Below, piece after piece: positions 1 through 14,094 of a stretch of 64,000 nt of DNA (positions are counted from its first letter, which is position 1; every line of letters starts with the position of its first letter). A program made the translations under genes and the position numbers. Source of the stretch: Octopus vulgaris (lineage: Eukaryota); assembly GCA_951406725.2 (NCBI GenBank), contig OX597829.1, positions 16,430,001 to 16,494,000 of the forward strand, read 5' to 3'. The notes beneath the pieces were generated by a model. The model was not told the origin of the DNA. It did no database searches and saw nothing but the letters and a program-made list of their open reading frames with translations.

Positions 1-177
1 ATTTTCTGATCGTCTATATAAACATTAAGCTACAGTTTACCTTTTTCAATTACCTTATACCAAGGACCATACTTATACAGGTAATTACCAGGTGTGCCAC
101 TGGACACTTCTATCCCTTAGAGGGCTTAACACCTCTAATTTATACCTTATATATATATATATGTGTGTATGTGTATA

Positions 178-224
<47 letters not shown>

Positions 225-260
225 CACACACATATATACATACACACACATACACATATC

Positions 261-298
<38 letters not shown>

Positions 299-473
299 AT
301 ATTAGAAAAACCCCACCTTTTATCAATTCAAAATGAATAATTAAATTACACCATCTAGAAAATTACATATAATAGAAAGGAAAGATTAAGTAAATTACAA
401 AAATAATACAATGTATATAATAGGTATATAATAATGTATATATATACATATATATATATATAGAGAGAGAGAG

Positions 474-561
<88 letters not shown>

Positions 562-562
<1 letters not shown>

Positions 563-1432
563 TCACCATCATCCTCATCACTGATGTTTAACATCCACTT
601 TCCATGCTAGCATGGGTTGGATGGTTTGACTGAGCTCTGGCAAAACAGATGGCTGCAATCTGATCTAGCAAAGTTTCTACAGCTTGATGCCCTTCCTAAT
701 GCAATTCACTCCAAGAGTGTAGTAGGTGCTTTTACATGCCGCTGGCACAAGAGCGAGTCAAGCGGTTCTGGCAACGACCACACTCAAAAGGTGTTTATTA
801 AGTGCTATTTGCATGGGATCCAGTCCGGCAGCACTGGCACAATCACGCCTGAATGTTGTTTTTTATGTGCCCCTTGATCGTAGCTATAAGACAGAGAAGC
901 AACATTTATAGACAAACTGAAAATTAAAATTAACAAAACAAATGAAGGATGTACATATGGAATATATTAGCTTGCTGCTCAGTATTAAATCATCATCATC
1001 ATTATCGTTTAACATCTGCTTTCCATGCTAGCATGGGTTGGACGATTTGACTAAGGACTGGCAAACCAGATGGCTGCACCAGACTCCAATCTGATCTGGC
1101 AGAGTTTCTGCAGCTGGATGCCCTTCCTAACACCAACCACTCTGAGAGTGTAGTAGGTGCTTTTATGTGCCACCGGCACAAGGGCTAGTGAGGTAGTACT
1201 GGCAACAAAAAATGGTGTTTTTTACATGCCAGCTGCACAGGAGCCAGTCCAGCAGCACTGGCAATGGCCTCGCTCGAATGTTTTTTCACATGCCATTGGC
1301 ACAAGTGCCAGTAAGGCAATGCTGGTAATGATGACTCTTGAACGGTGCTACCAGCACGGAAGCCAGTCAGCTGCTCTGGCAACGATCACGCTTGGATGGT
1401 GCTCTCAGTGTTCCACTAGCACGGATGCCAGT
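562..1432 (-). mobile_element. Two family A copies (562-880 and 988-1432)
   Basis: Shared CCATGCTAGCATGGGTTGGA..GATGCCCTTCCTAA. Further copies at about 3298-3484(+), 9783-10095(-), 10137-10373(+), 10401-10660(-), 23185-23478(+), 23540-23720(-), 26960-27190(+), 38330-38720(+), 48543-48810(-), 49485-49733(+), 57303-57662(-), 58115-58290(-), 63405-63653(+) and 63667-64000(+). Confidence 0.8.
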
Positions 1433-2179
1433 CAAGAATGGGTGTATAATCATTCAAGCATGGCACTTCATCAGAAAGTGAAGAGAAGAAAGGTCTGGAG
1501 CAAAAGAAGAAAGTTCAAGAAAAGCACAAGTGTGGTTATATGGCTGGAGTGACTGGGGGGTGGAGAGAAATGGAGAAAATGGTTTTTTGAGGCAGGAGAG
1601 TGCAAAAATGGTCAGTGTGTGTGTGTGTTGTGTTTATGCATAAGTGGGAGGTGTGGACAGGTTAGTGCCCACAGTTAGATTTGGTGGTGTCAGGTGATAA
1701 GTGTGTGAATGCATTAGTGGTGCTGTGTGTGTATGTATGTCTGAGAGTGTGCGAGTGTGCATGTACAGGTGAGTGTTTGTGTTTGTGTTGAATGTGTGTG
1801 TGTGTGTGTGTATGCTTGCATGTGAATGGGTGGGGGGGGTGACAGGTAAGGTGATAAGTGTGTGAGTACATTGGTGTTGCTGTGTGTATATGTATATTTT
1901 TGTGTGTGCACATGTGTGTGTGAGTGCATGTGTGTATATGTATGTTTGTATATGTATGTATATGTATATGTGTGCGTGTATGTGTCTCTGTGCATTCGTG
2001 TGTGCATGTGTTTTGGTATGTGTGAAAGAGTTTTTTTGTACATACCAGGATATGGATGTGCAGAAGTGTGGGGAAGATGAATTAAAATTTAGAATAATTT
2101 AAATTGAAAAACAATTAAAATTAAAACAAAAATAAAATTAAAAAAGCTATTAAAAATGTATGTGGAAGATGTTACTGGA

Positions 2180-2450
2180 GGGAGTGGGAGTGTTCAATCT
2201 ATTTGGTATATGGGTTTGGAGAGTGAAGATATAGCACTGTTCAAGGTGAAGTCTGATGATGGTGGATTCATGGTGCAAGGTTAGGCTGAGGACAGGATAG
2301 TGTGTAGTGGAATGGGCAACAGAGAAAAAATGAGGGGCAATGGAGGTACTTTTTCACTGGTAGATATTCTGTAGAAGTTCAGTAAATTGGTTGGAAGCTG
2401 ACAGCCTGACTAACAAACATGTAGGCAATCACAAAGAGTGCATTGATTTC
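2180..2450 (-). pseudogene. PLE (Neptune-like) GIY-YIG endonuclease C-terminal remnant
   Basis: Translates to QCTLC..LH..; FTELLQNI..SIAPHF...HS; RLHLEQCYIFTLQTHIPNRLN, with stops. The low-complexity 3' region continues to about 910 and has a decayed CTGATGA at about 1467-1475. Confidence 0.6.
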
Positions 2451-2589
2451 AATATATATATATATATACAAAAACATATGTATAACTACATGTGTATATA
2501 TATATTAATATATATATATACACAGATATAAATACGTGTATACCTACTTACATATGTATATATATATATATATATTTGTATATATGTAT

Positions 2590-2910
2590 GTGATACGCAG
2601 AAGACTGACTGGGAGAGCAATATCGCCACAGATGGAGGAAGCAGGTAGGTTTAGGAGGGAGTCAACACCTTTGAGAGAGCATGTATTCTGCATGAAGAAC
2701 TTAAGCGTGCTGCTCAAAAGTGCACTGCTCGTGTGGTGAATGGGGAAAGCTTGGTTTGCAATGTTTGCAGTCATGTATGCTTGTCAATAGCAGGGCTCAC
2801 TAGCCACCAGCGGAGATGCAAAGGCATAATATAAGTTAATCCTAGAGCGCACAATGTTCCTGAAGATTAGCCAAGATCTTCCTCAGTCACAAGTGGACAG
2901 CCATCATAGA
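2590..2910 (+). mobile_element. RTE/BovB-like LINE 3' end
   Basis: Encodes EGVNTFE...LVCNVCSHVCLSIAGLTSHQRRC*, the terminal C2H2-like motif of RTE ORFs, followed by a short UTR and (GATA)n. Confidence 0.65.
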
Positions 2911-2948
2911 TAGATAGATATACATGTACATATACATACATACATACA

Positions 2949-3012
<64 letters not shown>

Positions 3013-3156
3013 AGTGGCACATATATATATATATATATATATAATATTATTAGAGACAAAACCACTATTTTGCAAAACAAACAAGGAAAGACTTAATCAA
3101 TACATAAAATTTTAATAAAAAGTCAAAAGTTTTAACTTCCTAAAAAAGTAGATATA

Positions 3157-3227
<71 letters not shown>

Positions 3228-3263
3228 TTATATATATATATACATGTTAAACGATGATGATGA

Positions 3264-3301
<38 letters not shown>

Positions 3302-3604
3302 CAGTGGCACATAAAAAGCACCCACTACACTCGCGGAGTGGTTGGCGTTAGGAAGGGCATCCAGCTGTAGAAACACTGCCAGATCAGACTGGAGCCTGGT
3401 GCAGCCCCTGGCTTCCCAGACCCCAGTCGAACCGTCCAGCCCGTGCTAGTGCGGAAAACGGACGTTAAACGATGATGATGATGATATATACAGCCTTTTA
3501 GCTCTGATGAGTAACCTATACTGCTAAGCACTTTATAGGTTCAGAAACAATGGTCCCTCTATGATCATCTCGAAGTTTTAACTTCCTAAAAAATAGTAGA
3601 TATA

Positions 3605-3662
<58 letters not shown>

Positions 3663-3664
3663 CA

Positions 3665-3709
<45 letters not shown>

Positions 3710-3785
3710 GTATGTATATATGTATATATGTATATATATATATATATATATACATATATACATACATACATATATATATACACAC

Positions 3786-3816
<31 letters not shown>

Positions 3817-5182
3817 CATACACACACACACATATACATTCATACATGTATATACATGTATGAATGTATATGTGTGTGTGTGTATGTATCATTATGTATG
3901 TATGTATCTATGTATGTTTGCTGTGTATATATATATATTTAAAATGTCACTGACACTCAATGCTTCCACCCTTGCACCCCTCCACCCTAGCTACCTCTTT
4001 CTCAGCTGTTTCTAGGTATGAATATATGTTTATAACTTCCGTTCACCAAGGATTTGTCATTTTATGAATTTCTGCATGCATTCTTTTCTCTTCCACTGAC
4101 ACACGCACGCATACATACATACATACATACATACATACATACATACATACATACGTACGTACGTACATACATACATACATACATACATACATACATACAT
4201 ACATACATACGTACGTACATACATACATACATAGATACATACATACATACGTACATACATACATACGTACGTACGTCCATACATACATACACACACACAC
4301 ACATACATACATACATACATACATACATACATACATACATACGTACATACATACACACATACATACACACATACATACACACATACATATATAAACGTTA
4401 ACATATTTACATATGAATAAATGTATCCTTCTACTTTATCTATCTCTCTATATATCTATCTATACATCCATCCATCCATCCATTTTTCTTTCTGTCTGTC
4501 CCTCCCTCCCTCTTTCTCTCTCTCTACACACACATACACATGCATATACTTATATAAATGTAATTTAGATTCGGTTGAATTAGGTACTTGAATTGAGGTA
4601 CCTTGCTAGGATGAACTTATTTGCATACTCAGGCAGTATTAGGTTATCAAACTGCACAAAGAATTTTTTTTCCATCTGATATCTATGCTGTGTTTGCAGA
4701 TTGCACAATATAACTTAGTGAAAAAATCTGCTTTTGTTTGTTCAGACTTGTTCTTTATTTATAAAGGTACTTTCCAAATACTTCTGAAGTGCAGATTCCA
4801 GTGTAGGTAAGTAAAATATATATGTGTATGTGTGTGTATTATATATATATCTATATCTATAACCATATATATATATACATATATACATACACAAAATGGG
4901 ACAAGAACGCAAAACATTCAGAAGACGATACAAAAAACCTGGACGGGTCATATACATATTAGAGGGAAACCACTATGTGGACACCCTTTTGCTTGAAATA
5001 GATCCGCTATGGGCTTACTACTAGTGGATCTATTTCTAGCATAAGGGTGTCCACATAGTGCTTTCCCTCTAATATGTATATAATACAATTTTACTGAACC
5101 TTTAGTTTTTTATATGCTAGACCATTGGTGTGAAATCGATGTTAAATTAATATCTAATTTCTCACCCTCATTTTAAATTTAT

Positions 5183-5251
<69 letters not shown>

Positions 5252-5296
5252 GGAGAGTATTGTAGTTTGCTTGAAGCATTGTGTATTGTTTGTAAC

Positions 5297-5586
5297 AAAT
5301 AAAATGTTTTGAATGGTACAACAATGCCCTATAATACAAACAATGGCTTATATACCTGTTGTAATTTAGTCATCCATAGTATGATATGATATTTCGGAAT
5401 AATATTCCTTCTTCAGACGGAGTCGCTGCTATAACCGATTATAGCAGCGACTCCATCTAAGAATATCTGAAGAAGGAATTTTATTCCAAAATATCATATC
5501 AGACTATGGATGACTAAATTACAACAGGTATATAGCCCATGGTCTGTATTATAGTGCATTGTTGTACCATTCAAAACTTTTTATTT
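5297..5586. repeat. ~290-bp foldback with an HHR-like motif in each arm
   Basis: Centre loop CCGA at 5435-5438; the arms carry CTGAAGAAGGAAT..ATTCC(G/A)AAATATCATATC. Confidence 0.85.
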
Positions 5587-5924
5587 TTTGAGATATATAT
5601 ATATATATATAAACTAGCAGTGATATCCAGAAAAGCTTTGGATTTTATTGTTTTACTAGTTTCAGTCATGTGACTGTGATCATGCTGGAGCACTGCCTTT
5701 ACTCGAACAAATCAACCCCAGGATTTATTCTTTGTAAGCCTAATACTTATTCTATGGGTGTCTTTTGCCAAACCGCTAAGTTACGGGGACATAAACACAG
5801 CAACATCAGTTGTCAAGCTATGTTGGGGTACAAACACAGACAGACAGACACACACACACACACAAATATACACATATATATGACAGTCAGTCTCTGTGTA
5901 CAAAACCCACTTACAAGGCATTTG

Positions 5925-7236
5925 TCGACCAGCTATCCGAGATGACAGTGCCTTGGTAGATAAAGCAATTAAGAGTATGAAAACTGGGAAAGTCCCTGGC
6001 CCATCAGAAATCACTGCAAAGATGCTCAAAATATTTGGCAATGTCGGCTATAGCCTAGTCACCCATATAGTTAACCAGGTGATACACGAAGGAGTCATAC
6101 CCAATGACTGGTGTCGCAGCATAATAGTCAACTGCTACAAAGGTAAAGGTGACACTTTAGATACAAATAATTACAGCAGTATCAAGTTGTTGGATCAGGT
6201 AATGAAGGTCAAGGAAAGGGTTATAGCCCAACTAATTAGGGAGAGAGTCAGTTTACATGAGATGCAGTTTGAGTTCATGCAAGGGAAAAGCACCACCAAT
6301 GCTATAATTCTGGAAAGACAGCTGCAGGAGAAATACCTAGCAAAAGATAAACCTTTGTACCTGGTTTTTGTTGACATGGAGAAAGCCTTTGACAGGATCC
6401 CCCGATCCCTTATCTGGTGGTTAATGTGAAGACTAGGGATAGATGAGTGGTTAGTGAGAACTGTACAAGTCATGTACAGGGATGCTGTCAGTAAAGTGAG
6501 GGTTGGCAATGAGTACAGTGAAGAATTCTGGGTAGAGGTAGGGGCCCACCAAGGTTCAGTCCTCAGCCCCCTCCTATTTATCATAGTCCTCCAGGAAATA
6601 ACAGAGGAATTCAAGACAGGATGTCCCTGGGAGCTTCTCTATACTGATGACCTTGCTCTAATTGCTGAGTCACTATCAGAACTAGAGGATAAGTTTCATG
6701 TGTGGAAGCAAGGTCTAGAATCGAAGCGCTATCGAGTAAATCTAGCAAAAACCAAAGTCCTAATAAGTAGGAAGGTAGCCCAATCACAAATGCCTTCAGG
6801 TAGATGGCCCGGCTCAATCTGTAGAAAAGGCATAGGTAGACACTCTATAAGATGTACCCAGTATAAGCTATGGACATATAAAAGGAGCAGCAATATCAAA
6901 GGGAAGCTAACTAGGAAGATAGTTTTTGTATGTGGCAGATGCTCAGGAGCAATAAACACTGAAAATGTACAGAGAACAACTTCCACCTCATTCTAGGAAG
7001 GAAAACTCGAAGTAGTTGATAGCTTCCGTTACCTAGGTGACCAAGTCAGTAGCAGAGGAGAGTGCACTGAAAGTGTAGCTGCTAGAATAAGAATAGCCTG
7101 GGCAAAGTTCAGAGAGCTCTTACCTCTGCAGATGACAAAGGGCCTCTCGCTCAGAGTAAAAGGTAAACTGTATGATGCATGTGTATGAACAGCCATGCTA
7201 CATAGCAGTGAAACATGGGCCGTGACTACTGAGGAT
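5925..7236 (+). pseudogene. RTE-clade LINE reverse transcriptase fragment, inactivated
   Basis: Motifs GKVPGPSEI, YKGKGD, QFEFMQGKSTTNAI, FVDMEKAFDRI, HQGSVLSPLLF, LLYTDDL, FRYLG. In-frame stops at 6427, 6994 and 7186. Confidence 0.93.
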
Positions 7237-7319
7237 AACCATTAGTTATCTTTTAGATGTGAGACCACCAAATCTTGTAGCTTTGTTTTTGGTTTGCTTG
7301 GAAAAGGGTGGAAAAAGTT

Positions 7320-8255
7320 GAAGGGGAGCATGGATGAATAGCCGGATTACTATCTCCCACTTTGAAGGGTTTGCATTTGCAATCCAGGAACAGGAAATAT
7401 CAACCAAATACCTGATGCACAAAAGGGACAGAGATGCAGGTTAAGCCATTTGTGGAGTTCACACTGAAGATATCACCCACATTATAAGCAGTTGTCCAAA
7501 AATGTCATCACAATATTATCTACCGATGAGACATGACGTTGTGCTAGGACACTCTATAATGAAATCCGTTGGAAGGATAATCCCAAGGACAAATAGATAA
7601 GAACCCATAGCCACTCATAATAAAAAAGGAATACTGGTGGAATGTACCAGTGAAGACCGCAATAAAATGTAAGCACAACAGACCTGATATAATGATTTGG
7701 GACAGAGAAGAGAAACTGTGCACAGTTGTAGAAATTTGCTGCTCTGCAGATGTTAACGTTAAGCTGAAGATCAGTGAAAAAGAGAATACCTATGCTAAAC
7801 TATTGAGAAATCTGCAGTTACTCTATCCAGATTACAAGTTCAGGTTTATACCTATAATTATTGGGGCCCTGGGATATGTAACACACTGCCTAAATACCAA
7901 TCTTGAGAAATAGGCATCTCAAAACCAGAAAGGAGAAAGCTAATTCGAAGACTAGAGATCGACTCCATCACTGGAACTGTAAAAATCTGTAAAACTTTCC
8001 AGAAGTTTATCATTTAAATATATATGAGTATATCTAGATATGCAACTATATGCATGAGAATACATACATAAAACATACAAATCTGCACAAACATACATAC
8101 ATACATACATACATACATACATACATACATACATACATACATACATACATACAAACAAAAACACCCTGTTGCTGATGTTGATATTCCAATGAAAGGACTA
8201 GGTTAGAAGCCGGTTCTTTCTCTGACAAGAAATCTTGAAATAAACTGAATAATGA
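7320..8255 (+). mobile_element. R4/Dong-type non-LTR retrotransposon 3' fragment (zinc knuckle plus restriction-like endonuclease)
   Basis: EGFAFAIQEQEI; CGVHTEDITHIISSC; RHDVV; HNRPDIMIWD..VVEI..KENTY..PIIIGALG. Frameshifted; ends AATAAACTGAATAAT. Confidence 0.85.
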
Positions 8256-9014
8256 CATATATGCATGCATATGTATGTGTAATCCATAAAGATCTTGGTA
8301 TGGGAAATTAATAGTAAACATGTACACATCTTGTATAGAGGACATAACCAACAAACTTTATTAAGTGGTGTATGTTATACACTTTGTCTCATATAGAAAC
8401 AGATAGAAATTACAATAAGATTATTGTCACTATACTACACATGTTTAGTAACAAAAATTGTTGATTATGAGAACATAATTCAAAGACTTTAAGGAATAGA
8501 AAAGGTAAATCAGAACTACATATGTTTCCAGCTTAAACCTAACATGTCTTACATAGCACTTAAAAATACTGTGTCGTTTTTCCTTAGGTTTAATTACCCA
8601 GGGTTGTTTGCTCCATTGCAAAGGGAAGAGTAAATAATTCACAAATTTAGCCAAAGTAGAATCGTAAGTAGAAATAGCTTGGTCAAAAGATCAATGAGAT
8701 TCATTGTCTGCAGGGAAAGTAGCATTTGAAGAGGGAAAGGTGGGGGTGTATGCATATATGCATACATACATACATATATACATACATACATACACACATA
8801 CATACGCACACGCATACATACATACATACATACATGCATGCAAACATACATACATACATACATACATACATACATACACACCTACACACACACATACATA
8901 CATACATACATACATACATGCATGCAAACATACATACATACATACATACACACCTACACACACACATACATACATACATACATACATACATACATACATA
9001 CATACATACATACA

Positions 9015-9045
<31 letters not shown>

Positions 9046-10369
9046 CTGTTTGTTTACATATAATATATATGCATATGTTATTAGAGAAGTAAATAGATAT
9101 ATATACATATGCAAATACATGCATGTATATGTATGTATATAAACACATATGTGTGTATTGCTCTACTATTTCTTCCTGGCTCTTCTACCTTCATTCGCGC
9201 AGACAATATTTTTTTCTCTCTCACCAAGCAATTCTTTAATCTTTTTGTACCATTCCACTCACATCATAAAAAAAAAAACTCTGCTGGAAACACATTTACT
9301 TACCATACCTGTACACACTCTTTGTTAAAGGTGAGATGATGTAGAAGGAATGAGATTCCATCTGATTCTATATGCTTAAAAGTGTATTCTACACAACAAA
9401 TGTTTATAGTTAATATCCCTTATGTATTTGGACTATATGCCAACATTGTATATCACAATGAGATTTTGTAATAAGATCACTTCACTGATAAAAACAGAGA
9501 GAGACGGAGAGGGAGGGGGAGCCGGGTGTACACAAACATACACTTATGTATGTGTACACAGACAGACATATAAATATATACATAATAAATGCATGCATCT
9601 GTCTATCAACCCAGGTGTGGCTGCGTGGTAAAGAATCTTGCTTCCAAACCACATGCTTCCAGGTTCAGTCCCTCTGTGTGGCACTTTGGGTAAATTTCTT
9701 CTACTATAGCCTTAGGTTAACCAAATCCTTGTGAGTGGATTTCATAGATGGAAACTGGAAGAAGCCCATCATATATATATATCATTATCATCATTATCAT
9801 CATCGTCATCGTCATAATCATCATTTAACGTCCGCTTTCCATACTGGCATGGGTTGGATGGTTTGACTGAGGGCTGGCAAACCAGAAGGTGGCACCAGAC
9901 TCCAATCCAATCTAGCAAAGTTTCTACAGCTGGATGCCCTTCCTAATGCCAACTACTCTGAGAGTGTAGTGGGTGATTTTTATGTGCCTCCAGTATGGGA
10001 GCAAATCAGCCAGCACTGGCATCAGCCATGCTCGAATGGTGCTTTTCACATGCCACTGGCACGGGTGCCAATCAGGCAGTTCTGTTATCAGCCACGACAA
10101 ATACTTCACTTCCCTCATATATATATATATATATATATTCGAGTGAGGTCATTGCCAGTACCGCCTGACAGGCTCCCGTGCTGGTGGCATGCAAATAGCA
10201 CCCACTACACTCTCGGAGTGGTTGGCATTAGGAAGGGCATCCAGCTGTAGAAACTCTGCCAGATCAAGATTGGAGCCTGGTGCAGTCATCTGGTTTGCCA
10301 GCCCTCAGTCAAATTGTCCAACCCATGCTTGCATGGAAAGCAGACGTTAAATGATGATGATGATGATGA

Positions 10370-10403
<34 letters not shown>

Positions 10404-10664
10404 TCATCATCATCATTTAATGTCCATTGTCCATGCTGATATGAGTTTGACTGTGTGACCAAAGCAGATAATCTGAGGGGCTGCTCCAAATTCTAGTCTT
10501 ATTTGGCATAGTTTTTATGGCTGGATGCCCTTCCTAACACCAGCCACTCTGAAAGTGTAATGGATGGTCTTGTGTGCCACTGGCATGAGTGCCAGTTGCA
10601 TGACACCAGTATTTACTATGTCTATGATTTCACTTGGTTTGATGGGTCTTTTTCTCATGCACAG

Positions 10665-11610
10665 CATCATCATCATTTAACGTCCGCTTTCCATGCTAGC
10701 ATGGGTTGGACGGTTCAACTGGGGTCTGGGGAGCCCGAAAGCTGCACCAGTCCAGTCAGATCTGGCAGTGTTTCTACAGCTGGATGCCCTTCCTAACGCC
10801 AACCACTCCGAGAGTGTAGTGGGTGATTTTATGTGCCACCGACACAGGTGCCAGACGAGGCTGGCAAACGGCCACGCTCGGATGGTGTTTTTTATGTGCC
10901 ACCGACACAGGTGCCAGACGAGGCTGGCAGACGGCCACGCTCGGATGGTGTTTTTTATGTGCCACCGACACAGGTGCCAGACGAGGCTGGCAGACGGCCA
11001 CGCTCGGATGGTGTTTTTATGTGCCACCGACACAGGTGCCAGACGAGGCTGGCAGACGGCCACGCTCAGATGGTGTTTTTATGTGCCACCGACACAGGTG
11101 CCAGATGAGGCTGGCAAACGGCCACGATCGGATGGTGCTTGTTACGTGCCCACAGCACGGAGGCCAGTCGATGCGGTACTGGCTACGGCCACGTTCGGAT
11201 GGTTTTCTTATGTGCCACGTGCCACCGGCACTGGTACCACAAAGATACAAATTCCATTGATGTTCATCTATTTTGATTTGTTTTGATTTTCACTTGCCTC
11301 AACAGGTCTTCACAAGTGTCACAAGAAGGAAGGTATGCACAGGTGGACTGACTACGTCCCAGGTAGGGGCCATGGGTTATGGCCTGACTAGTCTTGCCGG
11401 GTCTTCGGATGGTGTTTTTATGTGCCACCGACACAGGTGCTAGATGAGGCTGGCGAACGGCCACGATCAGATGGTGTTTGTCATGTGCCCACAGCACGGA
11501 GGCCAGTCGATGCGGTACTGGCTACGGCCACTTTCGGATGGTTTTCTCTTGTGTGCCACCGGCACTGGTACCACAAAGATACAAATTCCATTGATGTTCA
11601 TCTATTTTGA
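10665..11610 (-). mobile_element. Family A RTE 3' end with about five 60-bp tandem units and an internal duplication
   Basis: Unit TTTTATGTGCCACCGACACAGGTGCCAGACGAGGCTGGCAGACGGCCACGCTCGGATGGTG spans 10827-11135. Segment 11065-11277 recurs at 11406-11610. Confidence 0.85.
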
Positions 11611-11681
11611 TATTGCCATTTAAATGGAGTAGCATGAAACAATCGTACTGCATTACCTCTGGATATCCTTGTTGCTTATTT

Positions 11682-11713
<32 letters not shown>

Positions 11714-11715
<2 letters not shown>

Positions 11716-12305
11716 GACTAGAGACCGAGACCTCTGGAAGTGTGCAGTGCGCGAGAAGACCCGGCAGGACAAGTGAGTCCATAACCAGTGGCCTTCTACA
11801 TGGGATGGAGCCAGCCTACGTATGCATACCTTCCCTTCTTGGGACACAAAACTCTACTTGTGAAGACCTGTTGAGGCAAGTAAGGATCAGAATCGAAATC
11901 GATCAATGGAAATTGCAGATGTGTTACCAGTGCCAGTGGCATGTAAGAGAACCTTCCGTTTCGCGACCGTTGCCAGCGCTGCCCCGACTGGCCTCGTGCC
12001 GGTGGCACGTAAAAAGCACCATCCGTTCGTGTCCGTTGCCAGCCTCGCCTGGCCCCCGTGCCGGTGGCACATAAAAAGCACCATCCGTTCATGGCCGTTT
12101 GCCAGCTCTGTCTGGCACCTGTGCGGGTGGCACGTAAAAAGCACCCACTACACTCACGGATGGTTGGCGTTAGGAAGGGCATCCAGCCGTAGAAACACTG
12201 CCAGATTTGACTGGGCCTGATGAAGCCTTCTGGCTTCACAGACCCCAGTAGAACCGTCCAACCCATGCTAGCATGGAAAACGGACGCTAAACGATGATGA
12301 TGATA
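11714..12305 (+). mobile_element. RTE LINE 3' end (family A type copy)
   Basis: Starts with the ORF terminus MTRDRDLWKCAVREKTRQDK*, then a UTR with about 60-bp subrepeats, GTTAGGAAGGGCATCCAGC and a (GAT)n tail. Confidence 0.8.
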
Positions 12306-12914
12306 TATATAGTAAATCCAAAAAGAAGAACAAACACAAAAAACAACAATGTGAGGATGTGGTACATGTAAAATATTAGCAGATGCTCAGGTAAGGAAAG
12401 AAAGATGGTTTAACGTTTTGAGCAGATGCTCTTCTTCGGAAACAGAGGAAAGTCCAATAGAAAGGAAGACGGAAGAAGAAAACTACCAACGATACACATT
12501 TGGTTACATTTTGAAATGACCGGAAGGGAATGGGTGAAGAAAACGTTCTTTCTAAGACAGGAGAATGTAAGAGAATGGGGTATGTGTGTGTATGTGAGAG
12601 TATGTGCATGCATGCAAGTGTGTGTGTGTGTGTGTTGTATGTGTATAGCAGCACGTGTGTGTGCATATGTGTTGTGTGTGTGGTTTTGGCTGTTTATATG
12701 AGTATGTGTAGCTTGTGAATGGATTTCCTAGATGGAAACTTTGTGTAGCTTAATGAAGTAGGAAGAATTCAGTAGCAGAATGGTCAGTAGAAAGGTGTTT
12801 GACTGACAGTTTGAAGTGTGTGTGTGTGTGTATGTACATGTGTGCATGTATGTATATGTTGTGTGTGTGTGTTTTGTGTGCATATATGTATGTATATATA
12901 TATATATTATATGT

Positions 12915-13432
12915 ATCGGGTCATCCTCTAGATAATGCGTTCTTTTCACCTGCATGAACTAAAAGTCAGAGGGGTTATGGGATAAACTTCCTGCATCAAC
13001 TTGCTATAAAAGCAGGTAGTAATTTTACCTTGTACTTATTCTTAGTGCAAATTTTGAAGAGTGCTGTTCGATTTTAACAGTTATTTTTTCAAAGCTATAA
13101 TGGAAGTGACAAAGGAGCATATTTAGCTTATTTTACTTCATAAGTTCAATAAAGATAACAACACAACAGAAAGTGTGAGGAATATTAATGCAGTATATAG
13201 GGATCAGGCAATAAGCTAATCCAGTGTCAACGGCAGTTCCAGAAATTCCAAGCAAAAACTACAGCCAAGAAGATGAGCTTCATTCTAGATCTGTAGAGCC
13301 CAAGGAGGATGTCTTGCAAACCCTGGTGGAACACTATCCCATCATAACTGTTGAGGAACTGGCAGAGAGGATTGGATTTGGTCATTTAACCAGTCATTCA
13401 AGTCAGCACTAGAAGAAAAAAGACCATCTTTG
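12915..13432 (+). pseudogene. mariner transposase N-terminal (HTH) relic
   Basis: ATG at 13100: MEVTKEHI*LILLHKFNK..ESVRNINAVY..QKF..EDE..LVEHYP..TVEELAERIG, with stops and frameshifts. Confidence 0.8.
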
Positions 13433-14056
13433 GTTTCAAGACTAATTGCAGATTCAGACTGTCAGTATTTTAAAACTATGATTAAAAGAAATTTTTTTAA
13501 AAAAAGCCAAATTTTAGGATTTATGGGGTGGGGTAGTGAAAATTTTCACTATTTTTAATTACATATCATTTTGTTTGAAAATATAGGAATTAGGGATTGT
13601 ATTTGTGATCACCAATTTTCTCCAATTTTTTCACCGTCAAGGCTCGTCCCAACATTTTTAAGTATTTTGTGCAAAATGAAGAAAAATACCCAAAATTATT
13701 ACTGAGTTGGGGAGGGGTGTTTGAAAAAATTTATAAATTTTCAAAATTTTTTTGTTTTTTTACTAACCAGGTGTCTCCCATTGTTTTAAAGTGAGTATTG
13801 CAAAAAAAAAATTGACAAAATTGGCCTGAAAGGGTGTAGGGATTCATAAATTTCCAAAACTGTTTTTCATAAAAAGCTTCTCCCCCCACACCTCATCCTT
13901 TGCAAGGATATAGGGGAGTGGGGGGAAATATTTGAAAAATCCCCATCAAAACAGAAAAATCCAACATGTGGATGTGCTATTCTGAAAGTCTGCCAAGGCA
14001 TTCTATTGTGTGTGCTTAACATACATATGGATGTGTGTGTATAGATATGCTTGTGC

Positions 14057-14094
<38 letters not shown>

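Noticed and set aside
10827-11135. Regular 60-bp repeats resembling a CRISPR array
   Set aside because: There are no unique spacers and no cas genes; it is a tandem repeat in a eukaryotic RTE UTR.
12217-12245. CTGATGA plus hairpin in the RTE UTR
   Set aside because: No GAAA or stem III follows, and sister copies lack it.
13440-14006. Possible DNA transposon remnant
   Set aside because: Terminal similarity is too weak, with no TSD or coding trace.
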